Below are positions 56,478-64,000 of a stretch of DNA of 64,000 bases, in pieces. This DNA is from an uncultured Gammaproteobacteria bacterium. GTDB lineage: Bacteria > Patescibacteriota > Patescibacteriia > UBA10025 > JAHIVO01. A program made the translations under genes and the position numbers. The stretch covers positions 58 through 64,057 of the forward strand of contig CAYPXF010000006.1 of assembly GCA_964415025.1 (NCBI GenBank), given 5' to 3'. Numbering within the stretch: the stretch's first letter is position 1; the number at the start of each line of letters is the position of its first letter. The notes under the pieces are model-generated. The model was not told the DNA's origin and ran no database searches. It saw only the letters and a program-made list of their open reading frames with translations.

Positions 56478-57014
56478 TTATTGATAAGACGGTGGTGATT
56501 CGTGTACGCCCTGGACCGCGACACTATATCGTGCCAAAACGTATAAAAAACTGGAAAGGCGGTTAAGATATGCAGCGGATTCTCGGGAAATATTCCGCTC
56601 GGACCGGATTCCCCAAACCGTACGTTCTGCACGGCGAGCCACTGCACGGGCATAATCACATAACGCGGAAAAGGAAGTGGCTCCCGGAATGACAAAAGAG
56701 GACGATTTTGGAATTAACTTTTCTACCCGGTCAATGTTTTTTTCTAACACGTCGATATGGATTTTGCCGATAGACTTTCCTGCGCCGGCAATTTCGGCCT
56801 GAATAATAAACAAGCATTCTTGTACCGCCCTAATCATGCGCGGGGTATCCATAGCTTTTTCATCCGGACCAGAACGCACACGGCATATGCCGAGCAGTGA
56901 ATTCAATTCATCAACATCACCGAGTGCTTTATAAATGGGGCTGTTTTTAGGTAGCCGCTCACTTGTCCCGAAAAGTCCTGTCGTTCCCTTATCTCCCCGA
57001 CGGGTATACAGCAT
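56478..57014 (-). CDS. PduO-type ATP:cob(I)alamin adenosyltransferase
   Basis: N-terminus MLYTRRGDKGTTGLFG..YKALGDVDELNSLLG is the MMAB/PduO signature. Its stop is 4 nt before the nrdJ start. Confidence 0.8.
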   Translation of the reverse strand: MLYTRRGDKGTTGLFGTSERLPKNSPIYKALGDVDELNSLLGICRVRSGPDEKAMDTPRMIRAVQECLFIIQAEIAGAGKSIGKIHIDVLEKNIDRVEKLIPKSSSFVIPGATSFSALCDYARAVARRAERTVWGIRSERNISRESAAYLNRLSSFLYVLARYSVAVQGVHESPPSYQ

Positions 57015-57018
57015 ATAA

Positions 57019-59319
57019 CTACTGTTGTGCCTCAACCGGGACGACCATGTCTATTTCACACGCGCCCCCGGCACAGGCCAGCTCTTTCTTTTGTTCTGTT
57101 TCGTCGGTATGCTCATACGTCACTAGCTTAGCATAATCAATCAAGGGAAATTTCGACATCATTTCATCATACGTTTTCTTATCTACTGCTTCGTACGGGG
57201 CTAAACGGTACACGTGGTCTGTCCGCGGTAAAAACGACAGTCCGCCGATAATGCTCCAGTTTTTCTGCAGCCAATCCACGACACTTATCCACTCATCCTC
57301 GCCAACCGAAATAGTCGCTGACGGATTATGTTCAGTATAATTCAGCTTTACTGTCTTCCAGTATTCCAGCTGTTCCAGCGCTGACAGGTCGTCTTTGTAA
57401 ACAGAACTGTCCGGCGCGGCTACCGGAAATTCCAGCACATAGGTGCTGGCGGTTTCCCGGGATTGCCCGACTTCGGGATAATAGGGCGCGCCCTGGTCTC
57501 GCAGCATCTTAAATAAAGAGTCGGTGGCGGAAATACGCACCCGCCTGATATAATACTTGGCATGGCGGGGATGAATCCCTGAAGAGCAATTAAATGTCTG
57601 CGAAACAGTCCCCGAAGGTTTGACGGCTGTGACTGACGTTGCCGGATTTACGCCAAAACGTTTGGCATACTCGACGTTCGACTGCACCGCGGTATCGCGC
57701 ATAGCGCGGAGCACGACCGGTTTTCTCGCCTCCGCTGAATCCCACTGGCCGGTAACCGAAACGCCGAGCAGACGTTCTGCCTCACAATTCTTTTCCCAAT
57801 CTTTGGATATATAATTAAAAGAAGTAAGCGTCGACTGATAAGTGCCGAGCAATGCGGCCAGTCGAGCCTTACGCACGAGGCTGTGCCGGGTATCCTGCGG
57901 ACGCGCGATGATTTCCGAAAGATTGCAGAACTGTTTTGACTGCAGAATGATCTCACCGCACGGATTAGTACCGATAGAACCTCGTACCGCGCCATCATTA
58001 TCGAGATAGCCTTTTTTTTGGAAATACTTGGCACGCCGTTCTGTCAACGTATGGCCAAGCGATCCACGGTTAAATATGCCGCGTTCTCCGGATCCGCTTT
58101 TCATCAGGGCGACCCACTCCTCAAGCAGCTCGGTATTGGACGGCTTTGTTTCGTACACGGCTGAATTATTGGCAACCGAGCGATGCGGTTCAGTCAGGAA
58201 AAATTGTCCTTTTTTAGCGTCACGCAGCTCCACATCATCCAAGTCTGACAAACTAATCATGGCCGTACGCCGTACGCCGCCGGAAACAACACACTCCCCG
58301 ATCTTGCAGATAATATCATGCACATCGATTGACCGGAGACGGCGCCCCTGACGGGCCATTATTTTTTCCCGGGCAAATTCCAGCAGCGACTGCAGCGGTT
58401 CGGACCCGGATGCTTTCCCGCCCATAGTCTTTAAACGTGCTCCGGCCGGACGAATTTTTGAATAATTAAATTCTATATCCTTCCCGGCGTACCATGTTTT
58501 CAGGCCGAGCGTCAGCGCGTCGCACCATCCTTCTTTGGAATCTGCTACCGTATGCGTGGACAATTTTTTCTTCTGCTGTATCTGTATCTGGGGCATTTGC
58601 TCAATATTTTGGCTCTCTACTGAATAGCCGACGCCGCATCCCTGCATGGACAGATACATGATTTCCGCAAAGTCCTCGAGTGATGCCGGAGCGATAAACG
58701 AGCAGTTATACGCACATGTATTACAGCGGCGAGCCGGCTCTCCCGCGAACTGCATGAGACGCATAGATGGCATGACTTCCTGTTTCAATATCGCCTCACG
58801 TACTTCATCGTATTCCGTATCGGTCAGTTTGGAACCCAGGTTTTCCCGCATGAACGATATATACCTATCCACTGTTTCAATCCACGTCTCGCGCCGTTGT
58901 TCTGCTTCGATCCAGCGGGCATAGGTGCGTAAATAAATAAATTCGCCGAGCGGGTTACCTTTAAAATATTTTTTGCTCTGCGCGGCGAGTGAGCGCACTT
59001 GTTCAGGAATCATGCCTTGTCTTTCGCGCTTCTGGTGCTGCTGCTCACGGTACAGGATATAAGCTCGGGCCACTTCGAAAAAGCCCTGTTCGGCAATCTT
59101 CTGCTCGACAATATCCTGGATGTTTTCTACGGTGGGAATGCTCGCCCTACCAAAACGCTCCTCTAGTACAGCGATAACGTCATCAGTCACTTGGCTGTAG
59201 AAACTATCAGCCACCGTAGTCTGGGCGGCAGTACAGGCCTTTTGGATAGCTCGCTCGATTCTGGTGCGGTCAAACATAACGACCGCGCCGCTACGTTTTT
59301 TGATCTTTTTTATTATCAT
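57019..59319 (-). CDS. nrdJ: class II (adenosylcobalamin-dependent) ribonucleotide reductase with N-terminal ATP-cone
   Basis: ATP-cone (VMFDRTRIERAI), class II core with NPCGEI and C-terminal redox Cys. 766 aa. Confidence 0.85.
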   Translation of the reverse strand: MIIKKIKKRSGAVVMFDRTRIERAIQKACTAAQTTVADSFYSQVTDDVIAVLEERFGRASIPTVENIQDIVEQKIAEQGFFEVARAYILYREQQHQKRERQGMIPEQVRSLAAQSKKYFKGNPLGEFIYLRTYARWIEAEQRRETWIETVDRYISFMRENLGSKLTDTEYDEVREAILKQEVMPSMRLMQFAGEPARRCNTCAYNCSFIAPASLEDFAEIMYLSMQGCGVGYSVESQNIEQMPQIQIQQKKKLSTHTVADSKEGWCDALTLGLKTWYAGKDIEFNYSKIRPAGARLKTMGGKASGSEPLQSLLEFAREKIMARQGRRLRSIDVHDIICKIGECVVSGGVRRTAMISLSDLDDVELRDAKKGQFFLTEPHRSVANNSAVYETKPSNTELLEEWVALMKSGSGERGIFNRGSLGHTLTERRAKYFQKKGYLDNDGAVRGSIGTNPCGEIILQSKQFCNLSEIIARPQDTRHSLVRKARLAALLGTYQSTLTSFNYISKDWEKNCEAERLLGVSVTGQWDSAEARKPVVLRAMRDTAVQSNVEYAKRFGVNPATSVTAVKPSGTVSQTFNCSSGIHPRHAKYYIRRVRISATDSLFKMLRDQGAPYYPEVGQSRETASTYVLEFPVAAPDSSVYKDDLSALEQLEYWKTVKLNYTEHNPSATISVGEDEWISVVDWLQKNWSIIGGLSFLPRTDHVYRLAPYEAVDKKTYDEMMSKFPLIDYAKLVTYEHTDETEQKKELACAGGACEIDMVVPVEAQQ

Positions 59320-59559
59320 ATGATTTTTAATATTATTTTATATTAGTGCGGCGACAAAAAAAGCGTTTCCGCCAGTATGCGGTACGATATACTAAAAACC
59401 CGCCAGCAAAAATTCACGTTATGAGACGCGGGTGCTGAAGAGTTTTACTATATTGATCTGCCGTATATCGCATACGAAATTAATTGTTTTTGTCTTCGTA
59501 TTGTATTTGGTTTAAATAAGGGAAGCAAGAGGCATGTTACGTACTTATCCTCGAATAAT

Positions 59560-59573
59560 TACAATATATTGTA
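59560..59573. promoter_or_regulatory. NrdR-box-like perfect palindrome TACAATATATTGTA in the nrdJ leader, with a second degenerate copy ~33 bp away overlapping the -10
   Basis: Seen directly. Matches the NrdR box core (acaCwAtATaTwGtgt). Minus-strand promoter TTGACT-16-TATAAT at ~59586-59613 gives a ~260-nt leader. Confidence 0.5.
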
Positions 59574-59585
59574 TGCCTATGTACA

Positions 59586-59613
59586 ATTATAGCACAACAT
59601 GTAGAAAAGTCAA
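59586..59613 (-). promoter_or_regulatory. near-consensus sigma70 promoter (TTGACT-16-TATAAT) for the nrdJ operon
   Basis: Seen directly on the minus strand. Confidence 0.55.
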
Positions 59614-59666
59614 CACGGGGTATTTTACGGAAAATACTCGTTTCTGTGGAAAAATGCTTTGCCCGG

Positions 59667-60623
59667 CTAATTATTCCGGGCCGGATAAAATTCCTCGCCA
59701 CTTAGCCCCAAATGCCGACGAATCTTCTCGGCATGCATGGCAATATTCTCTCCCATAAATGAAATGCGCGTTTTACCCTGGTACTGCTGCAGCGGCAGCC
59801 AGCTCCAGCGGCCGAAAACATAGTTGAGCAGCAATATTCCCTGATCAGTTCTGACCATGCCTTTTATCCGGTAAAAATCCCGCCGCGGCAAACCGGATAA
59901 CAGCGCTTCAAACGCTTGTTTGGCTAATGTCTGACCGGTTTTCAGTGTAAATATTTCCACCTCATGGTGATGGTGGCCAGTGTCCTTCCCCTGTTCTGCC
60001 AGCGTAATCTGCTCCTGGGCGGTAAACAGCTTGGTATCCAGGCCAAAAATCAGATCTGGGTTAACACTCCCCTTGTTTGTCCTGACTTTTGGCGTGTTAG
60101 GATTTAATTCATACACGTCGTCTAGCGCATCCTCCATGCGACGTTCATCCGTCACCAGCTCATGTTTGTTGATCAAGATAAGGTCAGTATACTGCGCCTG
60201 AAGCTCGGCTGTATAGCTCTTGTCCTTATACCCGTCGAAATTCAGCGCGTCAATCACCGTAACTATGCCGTCGAGCTTGAAGTGATCTGACAATTTTCTG
60301 ATTTCTATGGCAATCGGCGCGGGATACGCAGATCCAGATGTTTCGATGATTATCCGGTCTGGATTGTATTCAGTCCTGATTTGCTCGAGCGCATCCCCCA
60401 TCTTGCCGATCAGCACGCAGCACAGGCACCCGTTAATCATTTCCTTGGCCTGAATATTATTTTCTTTGGCCACCTGCGAATCTACCTCCACGTCGCCAAA
60501 TTCATTTTTCAGCCAGACCATGTTGTATTCCCGGGGCAATTGTTTAATCACGTTTAAAATAATAGTGGTCTTGCCACTGCCGAGATAACCGGTAAATACG
60601 GTGATGGGTATTCTTTTGTTCAT
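59667..60623 (-). CDS. COG0523-family G3E GTPase (CobW/YjiA/ZigA-like metallochaperone)
   Basis: Walker A GYLGSGKTT, CxCC metal motif (GCLCCV), and a His-rich stretch (GHHHHE) before the C-terminal domain. Confidence 0.8.
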   Translation of the reverse strand: MNKRIPITVFTGYLGSGKTTIILNVIKQLPREYNMVWLKNEFGDVEVDSQVAKENNIQAKEMINGCLCCVLIGKMGDALEQIRTEYNPDRIIIETSGSAYPAPIAIEIRKLSDHFKLDGIVTVIDALNFDGYKDKSYTAELQAQYTDLILINKHELVTDERRMEDALDDVYELNPNTPKVRTNKGSVNPDLIFGLDTKLFTAQEQITLAEQGKDTGHHHHEVEIFTLKTGQTLAKQAFEALLSGLPRRDFYRIKGMVRTDQGILLLNYVFGRWSWLPLQQYQGKTRISFMGENIAMHAEKIRRHLGLSGEEFYPARNN

Positions 60624-60904
60624 AAATAGTAAATAACAATTTTACAATTTATCAAACTCCAATAACCAATATTCTAAAAAGTTTGTAATCTTCCCCATTT
60701 TAGCAGGTGGGATCCGGGGAGCTTCTAGAAGGTGGGATTTGCTACTAGAAAAGTGAGATACTAACAATATATTTATTTGGTATTTCCTTTTAATCCCGCC
60801 TGCTTTGCCAGTTCGGCGGGCCACGTACTACGTGGCGGGCAGGCAGAAAGCGCTAAAGCATGTCCCGTGTGAAGTCAAAGGATTCTGAATAACAGCCGAG
60901 TATA

Positions 60905-61492
60905 TCACGCAAACTGTTTCAGCACATGAAAATCCTTCAGCAATACTTCTTTCATGCGTGCATTATACGTGACTGTGGCCGGATGGTACAGAGGAATAAT
61001 AGCAAATGCGCCGAGCTGCCTGTCCTCTGCCCTGAATATCTGCCCATGCATCTGGCTGATACCCCGTATCTGATCAGTCAGACCGAATTGTTCCATAATA
61101 AATTTTGCGGAAAACCGTCCAAGGCAGGCTATCGCCTTTGGCTTAATTATCTCCATCTGTCGCAATAAATACGGCGTACACGCTGCTATTTCCTCTGGTT
61201 TTGGGTCGCGGTTGCCGGGCGGCCGTGACTTCAAAATATTCGTGATATAAACATCCTGGCGCTGCAGACCGATCGATGTAATCAGCTCGTCCAATATCTT
61301 GCCAGCCGCACCGCAAAACGGCCGGCCGGCCTTGTCCTCGCTAGCCCCGGGCGCTTCACCAACAAATACAATAGCCGCGTCGTGGCTGCCTTCGCCGACT
61401 ACCGGCAGTATCCGGGATTTGTGCAGCGGGCATTTGGTACAGCGCACCACCTCGTCGCGGATCTGCTTCATAGCCGGCTGGTGCTCTGCCAT
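60905..61492 (-). CDS. family 4 uracil-DNA glycosylase
   Basis: CTKCPLH..GEAPG..FCG motifs with Fe-S Cys ligands. Started at ATG 61492, which abuts the upstream gene stop; the ORF-track start is GTG. Confidence 0.75.
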   Translation of the reverse strand: MAEHQPAMKQIRDEVVRCTKCPLHKSRILPVVGEGSHDAAIVFVGEAPGASEDKAGRPFCGAAGKILDELITSIGLQRQDVYITNILKSRPPGNRDPKPEEIAACTPYLLRQMEIIKPKAIACLGRFSAKFIMEQFGLTDQIRGISQMHGQIFRAEDRQLGAFAIIPLYHPATVTYNARMKEVLLKDFHVLKQFA

Positions 61493-61493
61493 G

Positions 61494-61898
61494 CTATCGC
61501 CCGATAACACCGATCTGATACTGACTGGCAATGTCCCGCGCACGCAGCGAATGCGGACTGTTATCAGTCGGCCGGCTTTCGAACAGCCCGGTCGCGTCGA
61601 TGCCGCAGCCGCGGATTATGACTGAACCACCCGGGTGCCGTGAAATAAACTCGGTTACGTCATACACCTTGCCCTGGATCACCATCCAGCAATCAGTGGC
61701 TGAATCGTGTTCCGCTACCTGGGCTATGGTATAAATCGCGGTATTATTATTGACGTTTGTGTCCGGGGCCGGCGTATTTGTGTTCGCAGTGGCTGTATTG
61801 GCAATATCTGAATCATTATCACTGGCAACAAAAAACACCACAGCGCTTAACCCCAGGACAGCTACCACGATAATAACCGTAAATACTGTTTTATTCAT
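61494..61898 (-). CDS. membrane-anchored cytochrome b5-like heme-binding domain protein
   Basis: TM anchor, Asn/Thr-rich linker, then HDSATDCWMVIQGKVYDVTEFISRHPGG (cyt b5 signature with two His ligands). Confidence 0.65.
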   Translation of the reverse strand: MNKTVFTVIIVVAVLGLSAVVFFVASDNDSDIANTATANTNTPAPDTNVNNNTAIYTIAQVAEHDSATDCWMVIQGKVYDVTEFISRHPGGSVIIRGCGIDATGLFESRPTDNSPHSLRARDIASQYQIGVIGR

Positions 61899-61910
61899 TG
61901 CAATAATGTA

Positions 61911-62408
61911 TTAATTCGAAGCAGTAGTGATTCCCACCAGTGTCATATTATCGTCATCATCCCGGCTGATACTGACTGTGGCAGTGCGCTCATCTTTCTC
62001 GGCAATAATAGTGGCGCCAGAGCCAATAGTCATGGTGCCGGTAATCTCCCAGCCGTCATCAGTCAGCTCATCAGTATACGCATCCTGCGCGTCGGCCACT
62101 GATGTATCGGTCTGGATTGATACTGAAAAACCGTTACTTTCTACAACCTCCATAGCAGAGATGATTGTCCCGTCGATCACATACACATCGTCGGGAAAAT
62201 TATCAGGCAGCGCCACCTCTTCCCCGGCTGTGAACGAACCGGCATTGGTATTAACCGTGACGGTTTCGTCATCAAAATCAACTTCTGCCTCATTATTAGT
62301 TGATGATTCGATGGCTGATTCAGCGGCTTTTTCTGCTGCCTGCTCGGTACAGCCGCTCAAAACTGCCACCAGACCAACCAGGGCAATAATAACCAACGTT
62401 TTTTTCAT
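61911..62408 (-). CDS. secreted lipoprotein, Asp/Glu/Thr-rich, unknown function
   Basis: Lipobox LSGC after a signal peptide. Acidic low-complexity mature region. Confidence 0.55.
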   Translation of the reverse strand: MKKTLVIIALVGLVAVLSGCTEQAAEKAAESAIESSTNNEAEVDFDDETVTVNTNAGSFTAGEEVALPDNFPDDVYVIDGTIISAMEVVESNGFSVSIQTDTSVADAQDAYTDELTDDGWEITGTMTIGSGATIIAEKDERTATVSISRDDDDNMTLVGITTASN

Positions 62409-62565
62409 AGTAAAATAATTAATGGTTACTATCCATAGTATACCGTATTACCTCATCAATCACAATCCACAGCAGCCTTGACCAGGTGCGGCAATTATCA
62501 TACTATGAAATGACACAAATATAAAATAATACTGTCCTTTTAATATATAACCAAAGGAGTTAATC

Positions 62566-63720
62566 ATGCATACTCCCCCTGTTTTTGGCATGCGAATAGG
62601 CGCTATTGCCTCCTACGCACCAAAAACCCGAATCACCAACAGGGATATCGCCCTTCGACTTGAGCAAGAAAAAAATGCAGACAATGCGGCACGCCGAACT
62701 GCCGGCCTGCCAGCGATCTCTGATGAGAAAGCAAAAACATATAAGACAAGTGATGCTTGGATCAGACGCTACATTGGATTCACAGAACGACGATTTGCTG
62801 GCGAAGCAGAGGGAACGATTGATCTAGGTGCAAAAGCGACCCGGCGCTTATTACTAGATGCTGATCTTGATCCCTGTTCTATTGATGCGATTATCTTCGC
62901 CACGGTCACGCCATCATACCGCAGCAGCAATCCTGACGCGACTGAATTGCAGTATGCTATCGGGCTGTCAGCATATCACCAATCTGGACAGCCGAGAAAT
63001 CTCTACTGTGTCGACGCGGCCCTGGCATGTAGTTCTTGGACAGCTGCGCTCCAAATAGCCTACGCGCGCATCCGGAGCGGCCTGTCCGAAAACGTACTAC
63101 TCATCGGAGCAGATAAAATGAGTACCATGATCAACTGGCGTGACAGGGTTTTTGCCTGCGTGCTGGGCGATGCGGGTACTGCCGCTTGGTGCACCGCCGT
63201 ACCGACAGAGGAAGATTGGTTCGGCGTGAAGCATTTTTGGGCCTGGTCGCACGGTCAATTCGCCCATACTATCCGCTCGCCACGCGGTGGCTCAAAACAG
63301 CCGCTCACTTCCGCGGCAGAGCTCCTAGCATACATGCATTGCCTGGCAATGGATGGCACGTTTATAAAAGAAACTTTTGTTCCCTTTATGAGCGAGAGGG
63401 GTATCAATGCTGCTCTGGAGCGTGTCGGGTGGCAGTTATCTGATATTGATCTGGCTGTGATGCACGAAGCGAACCGTTCCCAGCTCAATGCCAAAATTAT
63501 TGAACATTGGCAGAAACAAGGGTTTGCCGGTCAGGTATTGGATGCCGGGGGTATGTTTGGCAACACGACTACAGCCTCAATCCCCCTAGCTATGACGCTA
63601 CATCCTGCAGAACTTAAAACCGGCCGGAAATTTGTCTGCGCCGGATTTGGCGGCGGATTGAGCGCTAATATCACGTGTGGCGAAATTAAGCACCCATTAC
63701 CCGTTTATGCTGACGTGTAA
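62566..63720 (+). CDS. FabH-like beta-ketoacyl-ACP synthase III / type III PKS-like condensing enzyme
   Basis: Cys-His-Asn triad context (ALACSSW, VMHEANRS) in a thiolase fold. SD AAAGGAG upstream. 384 aa. Confidence 0.7.
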   Translation: MHTPPVFGMRIGAIASYAPKTRITNRDIALRLEQEKNADNAARRTAGLPAISDEKAKTYKTSDAWIRRYIGFTERRFAGEAEGTIDLGAKATRRLLLDADLDPCSIDAIIFATVTPSYRSSNPDATELQYAIGLSAYHQSGQPRNLYCVDAALACSSWTAALQIAYARIRSGLSENVLLIGADKMSTMINWRDRVFACVLGDAGTAAWCTAVPTEEDWFGVKHFWAWSHGQFAHTIRSPRGGSKQPLTSAAELLAYMHCLAMDGTFIKETFVPFMSERGINAALERVGWQLSDIDLAVMHEANRSQLNAKIIEHWQKQGFAGQVLDAGGMFGNTTTASIPLAMTLHPAELKTGRKFVCAGFGGGLSANITCGEIKHPLPVYADV

Positions 63721-63725
63721 TCATG

Positions 63726-63759
63726 TCCCTGCTGTTATTAAACACAGCAGGGATTTTTT
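63726..63759 (+). terminator. intrinsic terminator after the FabH-like gene (10-bp stem + T6)
   Basis: Seen directly: TCCCTGCTGT tattaaac ACAGCAGGGA TTTTTT. Confidence 0.75.
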
Positions 63760-63778
63760 ATCAAAAAAAAGGGACGGG

Positions 63779-63985
63779 CTAATTTGCCGTCCCATATGGC
63801 TGTCGCTGTTCCCAGCGGCGTGCAAAATCTTTGGCACCGCCGTGATCAATATAGTGCTGTGCAGCTTCACTTTTTGTCGGCCGCCGACCCAGGGTCAGCC
63901 CAGCAAAATACATATTAATCGGTCCCAGTATTTCCATCCGCTGTAAAAACATATATAGCGACATTTCCTTTTTATCTCGGCACAT
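63779..63985 (-). CDS. C-terminal part of a hypothetical protein whose 5' end probably lies beyond the window
   Basis: Open frame runs to the window edge. No recognisable domain. Confidence 0.25.
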   Translation of the reverse strand: MCRDKKEMSLYMFLQRMEILGPINMYFAGLTLGRRPTKSEAAQHYIDHGGAKDFARRWEQRQPYGTAN

Positions 63986-64000
63986 GGCACCACCTCCAGA

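Noticed and set aside
56465-56695. N-terminal 77 codons of the 56030..56695 ORF
   Set aside because: It overlaps the 3' end of the pduO-type gene in another frame and is not protein-like. The internal ATG at 56464 begins the TM anchor and DUF4430-like domain.
59320-59600. Cobalamin riboswitch in the nrdJ leader
   Set aside because: I looked for the B12 box (GCCACUG with the upstream GGGAAG/GGUG core) on the transcribed strand and found no convincing match. The leader instead has NrdR-box-like palindromes. It should still be run through Rfam.
1-64000. CRISPR arrays or cas genes
   Set aside because: No array of regularly spaced direct repeats exists. The only tandem repeats are the in-frame ZnuA His-loop repeats and short AT-rich promoter-region repeats.

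Overview
This 64 kb window is gene-dense and looks like a small-genome, monoderm-type bacterium; a Patescibacteria/CPR-like origin is my inference, not a demonstrated fact. The first 12.4 kb is one uninterrupted minus-strand ORF for a 4118-aa membrane-anchored surface protein with an N-terminal DNA-binding-type HTH and a repeat-rich ectodomain (triplicated module, a tail-fibre-like THxH cluster, a WxL/SCPU-like C-terminus). The rest is mainly housekeeping: a GT2 glycosyltransferase, an LCP-family protein, der, pth, pilT, pilM, mfd, dprA, topA, a fused MFS/spermidine-synthase-like protein, a Wzy-type O-antigen ligase with TPR repeats, and parAB. Next is a tRNA cluster (fMet, CAU, Leu-CAA) that also carries two truncated tRNA pseudogenes, followed by lgt and two tandem DsbA-like proteins. 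A redox/iron block holds ferredoxin, ferritin, sodA, sufCBDSU and a Fur-family regulator. Beyond a decayed IS remnant lie a STAS protein with an ABC-2 exporter, an archaeal-type AMP phosphorylase, corA, and a Fur-family regulator (probably Zur) with znuACB. A B12-dependent operon follows: class II RNR nrdJ, a PduO-type adenosyltransferase, a DUF4430 protein and a small membrane protein. The window ends with a COG0523 GTPase, a family-4 UDG, a cytochrome b5-like protein, a lipoprotein and a FabH-like KAS III. Regulatory candidates: a perfect 29-bp palindrome over the zur/znu promoter -35, a Fur-box-like inverted repeat at the suf-linked fur gene, an NrdR-box-like palindrome in a long nrdJ leader, and several intrinsic terminators. 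RNA-level candidates: an orphan terminator-bearing structured region that may be an sRNA, and a GC-rich hairpin island. There is no CRISPR array and no intact mobile element. The supplied ORF track also counts GTG/TTG as starts, so several gene starts were moved to the first ATG.
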